A stretch of 63,673 bases of DNA, the filler included, from Aduncisulcus paluster (taxonomy: Eukaryota): assembly GCA_024181965.1 (NCBI GenBank). It is 8 parts of 8 records of this genome, joined end to end, with 100 filler letters (N's around TTAATTAATTAA, not from the genome) between each part and the next. Parts side by side here need not be neighbours in the genome. Positions count along the whole stretch, not along the records: positions 1 to 12,841 come from BQXS01000032.1; 7 more parts are not named here. One strand, given 5' to 3'. Shown here piece after piece: positions 1-12,765 of the stretch (position 1 is its first letter; the number at the start of each line of letters is the position of its first letter). The notes under the pieces were generated by a model. That model saw only the letters and a list, made by a program, of their open reading frames with translations. It was not told where the DNA came from and did no database searches. A program made the position numbers and the translations under genes.

Positions 1-43
1 AGCTTATTCCATACCAGCAACAGCAGCAGACATCATTTATATA

Positions 44-560
44 TCACATCATGTCTTCTTCTGAAACCAAATTCCTCCCCATCCCAGGAATTGAAATGGT
101 GGCTCCATCAAGCATTGGAGATACATGAAGGGCACACGCGAGACGAGAAGTATCAGTGGGTTTGGGAACAAAATCAAGAGTATCCTGTTCATCTTCAGAG
201 GCTGGTGCAAGGGCATCGAAATGACCCTTATCAAGAACAATATGACATGTTCCACACGCCATGTTACCTTCACAAGCACTCACAATGGGAATGCCCGCAC
301 GTTTGATGGCGGACATGACAGATTCATTGTCACGACCAGAAACAGAATGGGAAGAACCATCAGAAGCGATCACATTAAATGTACTACATATGAATAAAAA
401 TAAAAGATATTTTTTGTTAGAACGAACCATTGATGTTAATATTGGACAGGAAGAAACAAACTACAAAATTAAGGCTATATGTATAGAGTTGAAAAAGATA
501 TACATACGAAAATAGTCTAAAACCGATAGAATGGATGAATTTAGCACTCGTTGATAACAT
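44..560 (-). CDS. fdx: [2Fe-2S] ferredoxin (adrenodoxin type) with MRO-targeting presequence; exons 560..508 and 383..44
   Basis: Motifs CEGNMACGTCH and SRLAC. A GTATGT...TAG intron at 507..384 joins MLSTSAKFIHSIGFRLFS in frame to TFNVIASDG, giving 130 aa. The ORF-track start at 430 lies inside the intron. Confidence 0.92.
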
Positions 561-796
561 TTACCTTGTGATAAGTGAACAAATGATAATTTATTCTCAA
601 TCCTATTTAAAACCTAAAAAATAATCTATTGGAGGTGTGATATCGAAATACAATCTACTCATAACAATTCCAATGATAAAATACTTGATAAAATAATTAC
701 CAGCGAAGATCAGAAAAACACTGGAAGACTTCCAGTGGAAGTCACACACTGAAAACCAGACCTAGGGTGAAATAATTCGGAAATAATCCAAGAAAA

Positions 797-1759
797 TTAA
801 TTCAGTAGATAAGGTAAGATCTGCTCCTCGAAGAATTCCTTCCCACAATCACGAATGTAGTCAGTGTGGTAAAACCCAGAATCTACAAATTCCAACTTAC
901 CAGCTTCATATAATTCCCTCAATCCAAGGTTCTCCCATGCATCTGTCTCATTGGCATTAACATATTCATCGAGGGTACCCTCCTTAAAATATCCATACCA
1001 TGTGCTTTGATAGGGGGAAATAATTCCATCATTTGGAGATCCAAACATCTTGTAATAATTCAAAGACATTCTGTTCTGTTTGTTAAGGGCAAAGTCTGGA
1101 TGTGATATCTCATTGTTCAGGATGGGCAAGAAAAGAGAGAGTTGTCTATAAACGTCAAGATGCATGGGATCACGCCAATATCCGGAAGGGTTAACGAGTA
1201 ATTGAATAATGTCAGGAGTATAAATAATGGAACCTCCAACTCTTGCAATATCATTTGTCTCTAAACCCATAAATTGAAACTTGGAATCATCACCGAAGAA
1301 TCCAGCCGCAGGAGCAGCAAGTGACATGTAATTGTACACGGTTGGGAATGAATCGAGATCGTAATCTGGGAGTTGTTCTTTGGCAAAACTGCTGTTGTAC
1401 ATGCCAAGATAATACAAACAGAACATATTCCCTTGAGAATGACAAATCAGATTGAAACTGCCAAATTCAGAGATAACTTCATCGGTTCCAACTATTTCAA
1501 TGAAATCAAGAGCCCATTTCGTAATGTCTCCAAATATGGAATCAAAGACACCATCACCCAATTCAACGTTGAGAACATAGGTATCAGGAGAAGCCTCCTT
1601 GATCCAAGACTGGACGTTATCCATGTTAGCACTACTATTGTGAATTCCATGCATCAAAACAGTAGGTCTCAATGTAGAACATGAAACAACACAAAAATAC
1701 ATTAAAAAAATCAAAGAAAAAATTAAAGCATGAGATATGTCTTTAATAAAATGCATCAA
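797..1759 (-). CDS. Palmitoyl-protein thioesterase (PPT1/PPT2 family), copy A
   Basis: Signal peptide-like N-terminus, P-x-VLMHGI, nucleophile motif ICHSQG, DGIISPYQSTWYGY and a C-terminal His (FYHTD). Confidence 0.88.
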   Translation of the reverse strand: MMHFIKDISHALIFSLIFLMYFCVVSCSTLRPTVLMHGIHNSSANMDNVQSWIKEASPDTYVLNVELGDGVFDSIFGDITKWALDFIEIVGTDEVISEFGSFNLICHSQGNMFCLYYLGMYNSSFAKEQLPDYDLDSFPTVYNYMSLAAPAAGFFGDDSKFQFMGLETNDIARVGGSIIYTPDIIQLLVNPSGYWRDPMHLDVYRQLSLFLPILNNEISHPDFALNKQNRMSLNYYKMFGSPNDGIISPYQSTWYGYFKEGTLDEYVNANETDAWENLGLRELYEAGKLEFVDSGFYHTDYIRDCGKEFFEEQILPYLLN

Positions 1760-1984
1760 TACAAAAAATATTTCTTAATTCCAACCAAAACCGACTTTTG
1801 AAGATAACTCATGTAGGAAAGTATATATTGTTAATATTTTATAATAATGGGGTATTAAATTCATCTAAAATAATATATATGATGATTATAGGAGTATATG
1901 ATCAACTTACTCCAAAAAAATATCCGCCTTCTGTTTTGGATTAAATAGAGATATAAACAAATTAATTTTTATAAATTATTTACA

Positions 1985-4900
1985 ATGGATGAAATTCATG
2001 AAGATATGATTGGAGTTATACCCTCTTTAACGATTTCAAGAGAGTCTCTCCCTCTAGATCCTTCTCTCGCCTCTGATGAATTAATATTGGACAAGGATAT
2101 TGAAGAAAATTCGTTAAATATATTGCTTAAAGAAGAAAAGTACGATGATATTCCCGATAAAACGGAGATAATATCCTATTTCCAAATCTTCTACGAAAAA
2201 CATAGTGAATTCATTGATCTTCTTAATAATCCCTCATATTCTTGCGAAAAACCCTTAAAAAAGATCTTAAAACATGATTTGATAGTGAATACTGATTCAT
2301 ATGAGAATTACCTCATATCATCTTTTTTCCCAAAAAATATTGGTAAATTGACTCCTATTGGCAAAAAAATTATTGAATTACGAAGTGTACCTACATCTTC
2401 TGTTCTTATTTTAAAGCAATATATTCATGTTTATCTCAGATCTGTTGAATTATGTAATCATGCTCTATCAAAACATTCTAAGCTTTCTGTCNNNNNNNNN
2501 NNNNNNNNNNNAAAAACCCTTAAAAAAGATCTTAAAACATGATTTGATAGTGAATACTGATTCATATGAGAATTACCTCATATCATCTTTTTTCCCAAAA
2601 AATATTGGTAAATTGACTCCTATTGGCAAAAAAATTATTGAATTACGAAGTGTACCTACATCTTCTGTTCTTATTTTAAAGCAATATATTCATGTTTATC
2701 TCAGATCTGTTGAATTATGTAATCATGCTCTATCAAAACATTCTAAGCTTTCTGTCTTGGAATTATACCACATAAAAACCATATTATCGACTTTGGATTG
2801 TTTATTTGCCTCTTGTATACTCCCTTGCATTGTTGATGGTGAATGTGAAGATCCCGCTCTTGTTCAATTCCGCCAAACTTTATTTTCATCTTTTATTTCA
2901 TCAATTCTTTCAAATCAATTAAATTCTCTACTAATTCGTATAATTTCTATGACCATTGATACCGAAGGAAGCCGTCCACTCTCATTTGATGTTGAATTCA
3001 GTGCAATTGTAGTTTCCCTCGACCAAATAATTCAAAATCTAATTTTAGCTTCAAAACTGATTGACGTATCATCCTTTTCTATCATAATGAACTCTATTTT
3101 TAATCTTGATGAATTTATTTTGAAATATTATGAACCCCAATCTGACATCTCTATATTAATTTCCTGTCTTATCAATAGGGCTATTAAGCTAATAATCATT
3201 CCAAAACATCCATTATCGGTCCCCAAAACAGCTTTAAAACATCTGTTTATATCTCCTCAAATGTTTCTCAGTGTTGTGAATTCTATGCGCGTTCCCAACA
3301 AAATGAGCATCAAAAATGTTGATACATCCGCGATAATCACTCTTCCAATCTCTCTTGAGATGTATCTTGACTTTGTTACCTCTCTATTGCCGGAAGGGGA
3401 AGTTCTCAGTGACGAATATCTTCATTGTATGTTTCATGAGTGTAAGCAGGCATTTGAAGTCCTCAAAGGTCAAAATATTTCAAAATCACGAGGAATAAGC
3501 ATCATTTCCAGTGTTTTCTCTTCCTCTTCCTCTTCCTCTTCTTCCCTCTCCTTCTTTCCAATGTGTTGTCATATTTTTTCCGGTATTCATGGACATATTG
3601 ACTCTTCCATCAGCAAGCAACAAGACACGTATGCTCTCCTCAAATCTAATGGATTGTATGTGTTTTCACGCACCATTGAAACTGAAATGAAGAAATGGAA
3701 TGAGAAATGTTCAGTTATTGTCAAACGAACACATTTGACCCGGGCGCTGCTATTATTTGAAGTACTGTATAATGCAGCAGAGAGTATGTGGAGAGAAAAT
3801 GAATCTATTGTTGGAGAAAAAGAATTGTGCTCTCCTTACTCTGTCATTTTGTATGACATGCAACATGTCGTTGAATCATGTGCCTTGTGTATCACCGCCA
3901 GTATTACGATGGAGACCGAAGAAGAGGAGAGAATGATGAAAATTCCAATTAAGTTTGTCTCCTTTCTGATAGAATTGCTCTCATCTCCAAGAGATCTTCC
4001 GATTCAGTTGATTTTATCCACTTTATTTACAACTTTACGGACCATTTTCCACCATTCTAAATCATTATCATCTCTTGTGGCTTGTTTTGCTCGTGGATTA
4101 GCTGATAATGAATCAACCATTTTGGAAGAGGTTGTTAAGGTTGATGAAGATACCGATACAATGCTATTTATGGATTATTCTATTCTATTATTAGATATTT
4201 CCTCAGTGTGTGGATGGAAGAGTGAGGTTGGATTTGAGAATCAATATGACACGTGTCATGTTTCTTCCACTACAATCGATCTTCTCTTGCATTTTATTGC
4301 CCAAGTTCTCCAATCCATTCCTTCTATATATGTTGACTATATGATTACTACCTGTTCCCATTCCATGTGTTATCTCGTCTATCATTCCTCATTGCAGAAA
4401 CGTGGCTTCGTGTCAACGATCTGTGAGTTTGTTTCTGGGGACATTCTCCTCGATTCGCATGATATCCTTGACCGGTTGCTTGAGCTACTGTTCAAACGTA
4501 ATGATTGGATTTCTGAGGACTCGTTATACTCCATTGCCTATCTATTAATGGTGTCAAAGCCTCAGGAAGTATGGATGAAACAATTGAATGGCTTTGTTGA
4601 AAATTTACAAGGAGATGCTATCAGACTGATTGAACTAGGTCTGTTCGAACAGCTATTTAGTATCATCGATACTCGTGTCCTGGATGTACCCGATTACTCT
4701 TCTCTTGATAATCGCCCCCTTGTGGATATATTTGTGTCTTCAAGCATTGAACCTGTTGTTTTGTCTGAAACTTTGCAGCAATACGTACCGGATACATTCC
4801 CACCTCTCTTGTGCACCACTCTGAGTCGGTTAATTCAGAATATTTTGGAGTCTAATAATATCAATGAGAATTCCATGAAGTATGTTTGTTCTTTTATTGA

Positions 4901-7900
4901 AGTATTTGCAAAGATACTCCATGTTTGTGGTGCAGATTATATTCATTATTGTTCGGGATTGCTTGTAAGTGCCATCACAAAAATAATGAAATGGATCTCG
5001 AGTACTGTTGAAGCTAAACCAGGAGGAGAAGAAGAAGGAAGAGATGGAGAGGAAGAACTTTGTTCTGATGAAGAATCAATTCGGTTTCTTGAGGAATATG
5101 GGTATAAATTATTAGGTCAATCTGTGAATGTATGTTGTATGTTAATGATCAAATCATCACCAATATCCTTGATTTCCATTCAAAAGGTTATTCAACCCCA
5201 TGTGAATATTCATATACTTCGTTCTTATCTCTTGTGTCATTTCAATGCATATTTTAGACTCAAATCTGACGCTTTCCATGGTGAATCATCTTTTCCTCAG
5301 TCGTATCATGATATTTCATTCGCTCAGATAGTATCTCGACTTCTTCTCAAAGTTCCAAAAATAGTATTTCGTGATTCATCATATGACTATGTTGTAAAAG
5401 ATATTTTCTACCTTTCATTTTTGGGTTTGTTTGCATTTGAATATTCTGATGCTATTGTTGATGATTTGAGATCTTTGGCAACTGATTTAGGGACCAATAT
5501 TGCTAATTATGGAGATCTTAATATTCTCAACCTATTTTTAGATTTTATTGATAAATATTGTAACGTCAGTGAAATGATACGTTATGATTTGGATGATATT
5601 TCGACCTTTGTCAGTGAATTGGTCATTAAAACTGAAGATTTAACTAGAATTACAGCCTCTTCATGTTCTAAACTTCCTGAAACATTTCCTATCTTCATTG
5701 GTTCTGCATTTTCTGATCCAATAATATATGGATGTATTGCTATCTTGAATATGGATTATATTTGTGAATCTTTCTCAGCATTTTGTGCTATTTCTGAACG
5801 ATTAACCAAATATATCGCTCTCCACCAGTGCATAATGATGGTGGAATCGTCAGCATCAAAAATGGAATCTAAAAATAGATCTCATAGTATTTCTGAGGAC
5901 CATTTCAGCCCAGACTTATTCTTTATTGACCATAATGTTCATCTTGAACTTGCTCAGATCAGTAATTTTGTGTGGAATCAATACCTTAAGAAACATGATC
6001 ACCCCTTCGATTCTTCTTTATCTTCTTCTTTATCAATGGGATCTCTCTCTTTCCTCTCTTCTTTATTATTAAAAGATAAGTATTTCCAGCTTTCTTGCGT
6101 TCTTTCTCCTTCTTATCTTGCGGGTCTATTGCAGAAACATGCTGAAGTATGGTCAAAATGCTCAGAATTCGGTTACGTTGATGTTTCCTTCTTTTCTCTA
6201 TTGCTATCTCTCCTTTCTAAAAATAGAATACCAACGGTATCGGTTTTGAATTCAGTTCTTCTTCCTATATTCAAAGAAATCGTTCTATATTTAAGTTCAC
6301 TTGAGAAACATTCTAAATATGATGAAAAGAGTATATTCGAACATCTTGGCATACCATTGATGACTATAAATAGATTTGAGAAAGAATTCTCAGACGGCAC
6401 TTCAGATGACCAAGACGAAGTCGACGGGGAAAAGCAAGAGCTACAACTTCGGTGTGTTGGGCAAAAAAGAGGTTTTATTTCTAAACGTCTTGAGAGAGAA
6501 CAAGGAACAAAAGATAATGAAGAAGAGGAAGATGAAGAAGAAGATGAAAAGGGGACAGATGAACGTTTGGACATTCCTTCCTCTCTTCCTCAGTCTTTCC
6601 CTCCATCTCTCTTTCCTATCGTTTGTCATGTTATAAACATGTACCTTTTCTTAACAAATGAGGACGATTCTGTGGAGGTTATAGAAGAGTTTATGGGTAT
6701 TCTCACACCGGATATAGCTCCTTTCCTTATTACTCACACGCTTCAATGGCTTCTTCCTTCTTCTCTTCTTTCAAAGAACAGGGTTGAATCTCTCGAAATT
6801 CTTGCTTCAACTCCAGCATCATCTCGACTGAACAAGGAAGACGACGTCTCTGACATCGATTCGTCATTCTGTTCCGAATCCTCGTCCGAATATGAATATG
6901 TCGATGAGGAGGAAGAGGAAGAGGAAGAGGAGAAAGAAGAGGTCTCAGAGCTGGGGAAAGAAGCAGAAGAAAAAGAAGAAGAAGGAGAGATAGCGGAGAG
7001 TAGGGAAAAGGAGAGTGAAATACGAGATATTTTAAAATTAATATCTCGTATTTCTGCGAAAGATATCATTATAACCAATGAGTCTTGTGATGTTTTGAAA
7101 CAATTCCAATCACTTTTCTCATCATTATCTTCAATAGATCCTCTTATCCTTGTTAAGAATATAGTCTTTTGTCTTTGCTCTTTTTGTTCTAAAGCTTTTA
7201 TCCCGTTCATTTCAAGATTGTTGCTCCAATTGATTGAATTTGAGTCATTCTTGACTATTCAAAGGAAAACAGGAAAGATATCACACGGGGAAATGAGTGA
7301 ATTGGTCTCCAATAATATTATTGGAGAAAGAGATGAAGGGGAAGAGAAGGAGTCTGAATATCCTCTTATGAATGAAATCTTCCTTGATTTATCCTGTCAC
7401 GTTTCTTCACTTTCTTCATGTTCTTCAATGCTTCTCTCTTGTGTTGTGTTCTTTGTTGAATCTTGCCTTGTGTCCAATGGTATTATAAATGTATTTCACA
7501 GATCGCTACCAATAATCATTGCAAATCTCGAAATCTACATTGCTTCTGCTTCCAACTATACGGCACTTGGGATATCAGAATTGCCTGAAAAGGAGCATTC
7601 TTTATCAAAATGTGGTGAGAAAGTTGGAATGATCTATAAATATCTTCCCATTGAGAATGAACATCAAGCTCTTGATGAATTTAAGAGACTTTGTCGATAT
7701 ATATCATCTTGCTGTGATTATATTATTAAACACACCCCAACAACGATTTTATCAAGTCACTCTACATCCATCATTATGCTCAAGAAAAGCGCGAGTTCAT
7801 CTTCAAAATCCCCCTTGGAAAGAAAGAAGATTGCCGGTTCAAAAGCTCGGGTATCTAAGAATTCGATGGTTGAACGGGTGCTTCGGCCTTCAAAAACTCT

Positions 7901-10032
7901 TCCTTTCCTCTACAAAGTGCTTCATTTGAGCCAGTATTCGCTTGACAACACTCCATTCCAGGGAGTGCTCAACGATCTGTGTTCTTTGGGCGAGATTATG
8001 TGCAGTGAAGTGTGTCAATTGGTCCTGCGTCTATTGCACAGCTTTGTCGATAAGCTCCCTCTGTTTAAACATGAAGGTACAGATAAAAAAGATATGAGAT
8101 ATGTTGGGAAAGAGTTGACTCTTGACCATAACAGCGAATTGTTTATTAATAATATTACTAGATTATTATCTGTCTTCTTGAACGATTCGTCTCATGTTGG
8201 GAAAGTTATTCGGATTTTTCGGGGAGATTTATTGAATGTAATTATTAAAATACCGATCACTTCGATTTCTTTCCTGTTTTCCTTTGGATTCTTATCGAAT
8301 ATTATCACCATTGCTCGGCAGATTGGAGGTAAGAATTGCCAAACATTGCTTTCACATGTTGTTGGAATCATCTCCGAACACTCCAATCTTGTTATAGAAT
8401 CTGGATCAATCGGTGAAAGTCAGTCCAAATCCAAGGATTCTGATGATTGTCACTCTCATTCGAAATCCGTGTTGTCCCCACAATCTTTCNNNNNNNNNNN
8501 NNNNNNNNNGAGGTAAGAATTGCCAAACATTGCTTTCACATGTTGTTGGAATCATCTCCGAACACTCCAATCTTGTTATAGAATCTGGATCAATCGGTGA
8601 AAGTCAGTCCAAATCCAAGGATTCTGATGATTGTCACTCTCATTCGAAATCCGTGTTGTCCCCACAATCTTTCTCAGCTCAATTCTTCTCGCTTTTGTTC
8701 CTCTTATTCGAGACAGTAAGTGAAATGTTCTCCCATCCGTCTATCGGTACAACTGATGGGGTAGTTGTCTGGCATTTGTCCAAATCTGTTCAAATGTATA
8801 ACGATATCAACCTGTACGTGGCTTTTTTGAATGCTCTTTCCTGTGCTAGACCTTATCAACCTGAATCATTCGATTCTTTATCCTCGACTTCAATCAAAAG
8901 CAGGTCAAAGAAATCAGTGTCGGCTTCTACAGTATCTGAGTCGGATAAACGGGATATTTCACAGTCTTTTACGACTTTCCTGCTTGTAATTGAGCTTATT
9001 CATGGGATTGAATCGACCAAGAAGAAAGAGGCTGAGGCGAAACAGAGAGAGGCTGCCCTCGCCGCTGCACAGGCTCAAGCAGAAGTAGTTTCTGATACCA
9101 TTCCAGGTCAGACTCAAGCCGTCACTTCTTCGGCAGTACAGAGCAGTCAATCAATAACGACTGGAGGAACTGCCCCTGTATTAGCTACTTCTGTGACTCC
9201 ACCGGTTGACAAAGAAGCTTTGAAATCTATTGTTGACTCCCACACTGGAATCATTGAAGCTATAGGTCGTATGATCGGATTGATGGAACAGTATTGTCAT
9301 GGCCTTGATGCTATTGAGAAAGGTGAGATTAAGCGTTTATTCCAGGAGAGGATATCCACTCAATATCTCCACATTATTCCAAAGAATGTCAACGCTGAAC
9401 CCAAAGAAGGTGAGATTTCACTATATCCGACTTACTTAGCACACACGACTGCTGTATTCCGATGCGTTAGTGCCGTTATGAAGTGTGGTTGTAACTGCCA
9501 AGATATGTGTCTTTTAGTGGTAAATGTCATGACGTTTGGAATGTACCCTAATCTATTGCCACCAGCTTCATTCCCAAATATCAGTGCTATATCCATGTTC
9601 GTCAATGCATTGTGTGAGTCGGCAAGAGTTGTTCTGGAATATTGTGAAGCTGGAACTTGGGAACAACTCTGGCAATCGTTAAAATATCAAAAATCAATAG
9701 GAATGAATCCAGGGGATATATACATTGATTTTGGAAAGATGTTTATTATTCCATTACATAGTTTCACAAATGACCTTCTTAAAAAAAGGTTGATTGATCA
9801 TTGTTATTACTCTTTTTTGTCATTGTGTGTTCATATTGTTGAAAAAATGAAGAAAACCCCTTCGCTTGCTCGTGCAAAGTACTCGAAATCCCTCATCAAG
9901 GAGCTGAAAAGAGTGGTGAAAGACGATGAAAGTTACATTGTGAAAAATGAAAACATTCGAGCTGTAATTAAGGAAAATTTTGATCAACTATCTGCAATGG
10001 TCTTTAACGACACTGATTGTTGTATCGTATGA
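1985..10032 (+). CDS. Giant (~2530 aa) helical/HEAT-like hypothetical protein ending in CCIV
   Basis: Three ORF-track segments are separated by 20-N gaps with duplicated flanks (265 and 184 nt offsets). Removing the duplications gives one 7599-nt frame. No family recognised. Confidence 0.8.
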
Positions 10033-10214
10033 AAAGATTTCGAAAAATAAATTTAATAGAGAAACAAAAATAAAAATAATAAATAAAAAGCGGGATAAAT
10101 ATGAATAATGTTATCATTTTAAATAAAAATTGAATAAATTCAGTTGCCAACACCCCACATCGAACGATATTAATAGTGGGACATTTTCTTGGAAATAAAC
10201 TTAGATTTGGAATA

Positions 10215-10775
10215 TTACTTAGCCTTTTTTAAAGTTTTTTCCTCAAATTCGCCTCGAACAAAGCGAATTCCGTGAAGCCAAGCATACCCAACCCCATAAA
10301 GAGTATCTTTAATCCAATTCTCCTGGACATAAATCTCACATTCCACGACATTCTTGAGATGAACTGGGAGTGAATACCATTCAAGAGAATGAGTTGGACG
10401 AGAGAATTGATAGCGTTTGGTGTGAGAGGAGCCATCGGCACAAGTTAGAATAAGAGACATCAAGGGAGGTCCATCATATTGTCCGACACAAACGTGGACC
10501 TCAAGAAGTGATTCTGAAGCAGAAAAGGGAAGGCGCATACGTGTAAAGCGAATCCATCCTGTCCCTGATAAAAAGGTGTCACGGATCTGAACGGTTTTAT
10601 CATGGTGTTCGGAGCTAGGATCTCGACTTTCATCAATTCCACATGCGAGAGATGAATCAATCACAATCGATTTAGCATCTTTGAGGGATATAGGAGGTTC
10701 AAGACCTGAAGGTTCCTTTCCAGGAGGGTAAATACAAGGATTGCATCCCGGCTTAAGAAAAATTGGTAAAATCAT
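10215..10775 (-). CDS. Hypothetical protein of a lineage-expanded family, probable beta-sandwich (galactose-binding-like) domain
   Basis: Intact 186-aa ORF with a beta-strand-rich C-terminal half (EWYSLPVHLKNVVECEIYVQENW...LHGIRFVR). Its N-terminus resembles the gene at 40652..41062. Confidence 0.65.
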   Translation of the reverse strand: MILPIFLKPGCNPCIYPPGKEPSGLEPPISLKDAKSIVIDSSLACGIDESRDPSSEHHDKTVQIRDTFLSGTGWIRFTRMRLPFSASESLLEVHVCVGQYDGPPLMSLILTCADGSSHTKRYQFSRPTHSLEWYSLPVHLKNVVECEIYVQENWIKDTLYGVGYAWLHGIRFVRGEFEEKTLKKAK

Positions 10776-11011
10776 AGGAAAATTTCGAAGAATTTAAAAA
10801 CAAAAAATCAAATTCAGTCGATATATTCAACGAAAAAACACAAAACAAAGCTCTTATAGCCTAGCAAATTATTACCCGATTCAAATCATCATATATATTA
10901 TTTTAGATGAATTTAATACCCCATTATTATAAAATATTAACAATATATACTTTCCTACATGAGTTATCTTCAAAAGTCGGTTTTGGTGGGATTTAAGAAA
11001 TATTTTTTGTA

Positions 11012-11974
11012 TTGATGCGTTTTATTAAAGACATATCCCATGCTTTAACTTTTTCTTTCATTTTTTTAATGTATTTTTGTGTCGTATTATGTTCTACACC
11101 GAGGCCATCAGTATTAATGCATGGAATTCATGACACCAGTGCTGATATGGTTAAAATGCAATCTTGGATCAAGGAGGCTTCTCCTGATACCTATGTCCTC
11201 AATGTTGAATTGGGTGATGGTGTCTTTGATTCCATATTTGGAGACATTACGAAATGGGCTCTTGATTTCATTGAAATAGTTGGAACCGATGAAGTTATCT
11301 CTGAATTTGGCAGTTTCAATCTGATTTGTCATTCTCAAGGGAATATGTTCTGTTTGTATTATCTTGGCATGTACAACAGCAGTTTTGCCAAAGAACAACT
11401 CCCAGATTACGATCTCGATTCATTCCCAACCGTGTACAATTACATGTCACTTGCTGCTCCTGCGGCTGGATACTTTGGCGATAACTCCATGTTTCAATTT
11501 ATGGGTTTAGAGACAAATGATGTTGCCAGGCTTGCTGGGTCCTTATTTTATACTCCCAGCATTCTTCAATTACTCGTTAACCCTTCCGGATATTGGCGTG
11601 ATCCCATGCATCTTGACGTTTATAGACAACTTTCTCTTTTCTTGCCCATCCTCAACAATGAGATATCACATCCAGACTTTGCCCTTAACAAACAGAACAG
11701 AATGTCTTTGAATTATTACAAGATGTTTGGATCTCCAAATGATGGAGTTATTTCCCCCTATCAAAGTACTTGGTATGGATATTTTAAGGAGGGTACACTC
11801 GAAGAATTTGTAACCGCAGAGGAGACAGATACTTGGGAGAATGTTGGATTAAAAGATTTGGATGAAGCCGGGAAGTTAGAGTTTGTAGATTCTGGGTTTT
11901 ACCACACTGACTATCTAAATGATTGTGGAAAAGCTTTCTTTGAGGGGCAGATCTTACCGTATTTGTTAAATTAA
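11012..11974 (+). CDS. Palmitoyl-protein thioesterase, copy B
   Basis: 320-aa paralog of 797..1759 with the same catalytic motifs. Confidence 0.88.
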   Translation: MMRFIKDISHALTFSFIFLMYFCVVLCSTPRPSVLMHGIHDTSADMVKMQSWIKEASPDTYVLNVELGDGVFDSIFGDITKWALDFIEIVGTDEVISEFGSFNLICHSQGNMFCLYYLGMYNSSFAKEQLPDYDLDSFPTVYNYMSLAAPAAGYFGDNSMFQFMGLETNDVARLAGSLFYTPSILQLLVNPSGYWRDPMHLDVYRQLSLFLPILNNEISHPDFALNKQNRMSLNYYKMFGSPNDGVISPYQSTWYGYFKEGTLEEFVTAEETDTWENVGLKDLDEAGKLEFVDSGFYHTDYLNDCGKAFFEGQILPYLLN

Positions 11975-11986
11975 TTGTTTGTAATT

Positions 11987-12140
11987 TAGTATAGTACAGT
12001 ATAGTACCGTGTTTATTGCGGGCTCATCGTTTTTTGCTTACTAAGCATTCTATCCGATAGAATTGAGTGAGTCACTCTGAGTGACTCAATCTTCGTCTTG
12101 TTGATCTTCTATGTTTTTTTGTTCATTAGCTTCCATTTTA
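11987..12140 (-). mobile_element. Putative short 3'-end retroposon remnant with (TACTR)4 tail
   Basis: Minus-strand AATAAACAC followed by four TACTR pentamers, the same signature as at 60097..60141. Present in only one arm of the inverted repeat. Confidence 0.4.
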
Positions 12141-12248
12141 ATTGTTACGAGTAGATTGTATTTCGATATCACACCTCCAATAGATTATTTTTTAGGTTTT
12201 AAATGGGATTGAGAATAAATTATCATTTGTTCACTTATCACAAGGTAA

Positions 12249-12765
12249 ATGTTATCAACGAGTGCTAAATTCATCCATTCTATCGGTTTTAGACTATTTT
12301 CGTATGTATATCTTTTTCAACTCTATACATATAGCCTTAATTTTGTAGTTTGTTTCTTCCTGTCCAATATTAACATCAATGGTTCGTTCTAACAAAAAAT
12401 ATCTTTTATTTTTATTCATATGTAGTACATTTAATGTGATCGCTTCTGATGGTTCTTCCCATTCTGTTTCTGGTCGTGACAATGAATCTGTCATGTCCGC
12501 CATCAAACGTGCGGGCATTCCCATTGTGAGTGCTTGTGAAGGTAACATGGCGTGTGGAACATGTCATATTGTTCTTGATAAGGGTCATTTCGATGCCCTT
12601 GCACCAGCCTCTGAAGATGAACAGGATACTCTTGATTTTGTTCCCAAACCCACTGATACTTCTCGTCTCGCGTGTGCCCTTCATGTATCTCCAATGCTTG
12701 ATGGAGCCACCATTTCAATTCCTGGGATGGGGAGGAATTTGGTTTCAGAAGAAGACATGATGTGA
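12249..12765 (+). CDS. fdx: [2Fe-2S] ferredoxin with MRO presequence; exons 12249..12301 and 12426..12765
   Basis: Same protein as 44..560; 124-nt GTATGT...TAG intron at 12302..12425. Confidence 0.92.

Larger units (their letters stand above)
1..1887. repeat. Left arm of ~1.9 kb inverted duplication (ferredoxin + PPT)
   Basis: 1..~668 is the near-exact reverse complement of ~12141..12808. 797..1887 matches 10884..11974 in reverse complement. 669..796 has no counterpart in the other arm. Confidence 0.95.

Noticed and set aside
2247-2757. Tandem duplications flanking 20-N gaps (also at 8490, 15938, 21745, 23446, 33321, 33732, 37768)
   Set aside because: Identical sequence on both sides of fixed-size gaps indicates unmerged overlapping contig ends. 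Where I checked (the giant gene), removing them restores the frame.
12379-12425. ORF-track N-terminus MVRSNKKYLLFLFIC as a ferredoxin signal peptide
   Set aside because: It is intron sequence read through in frame.
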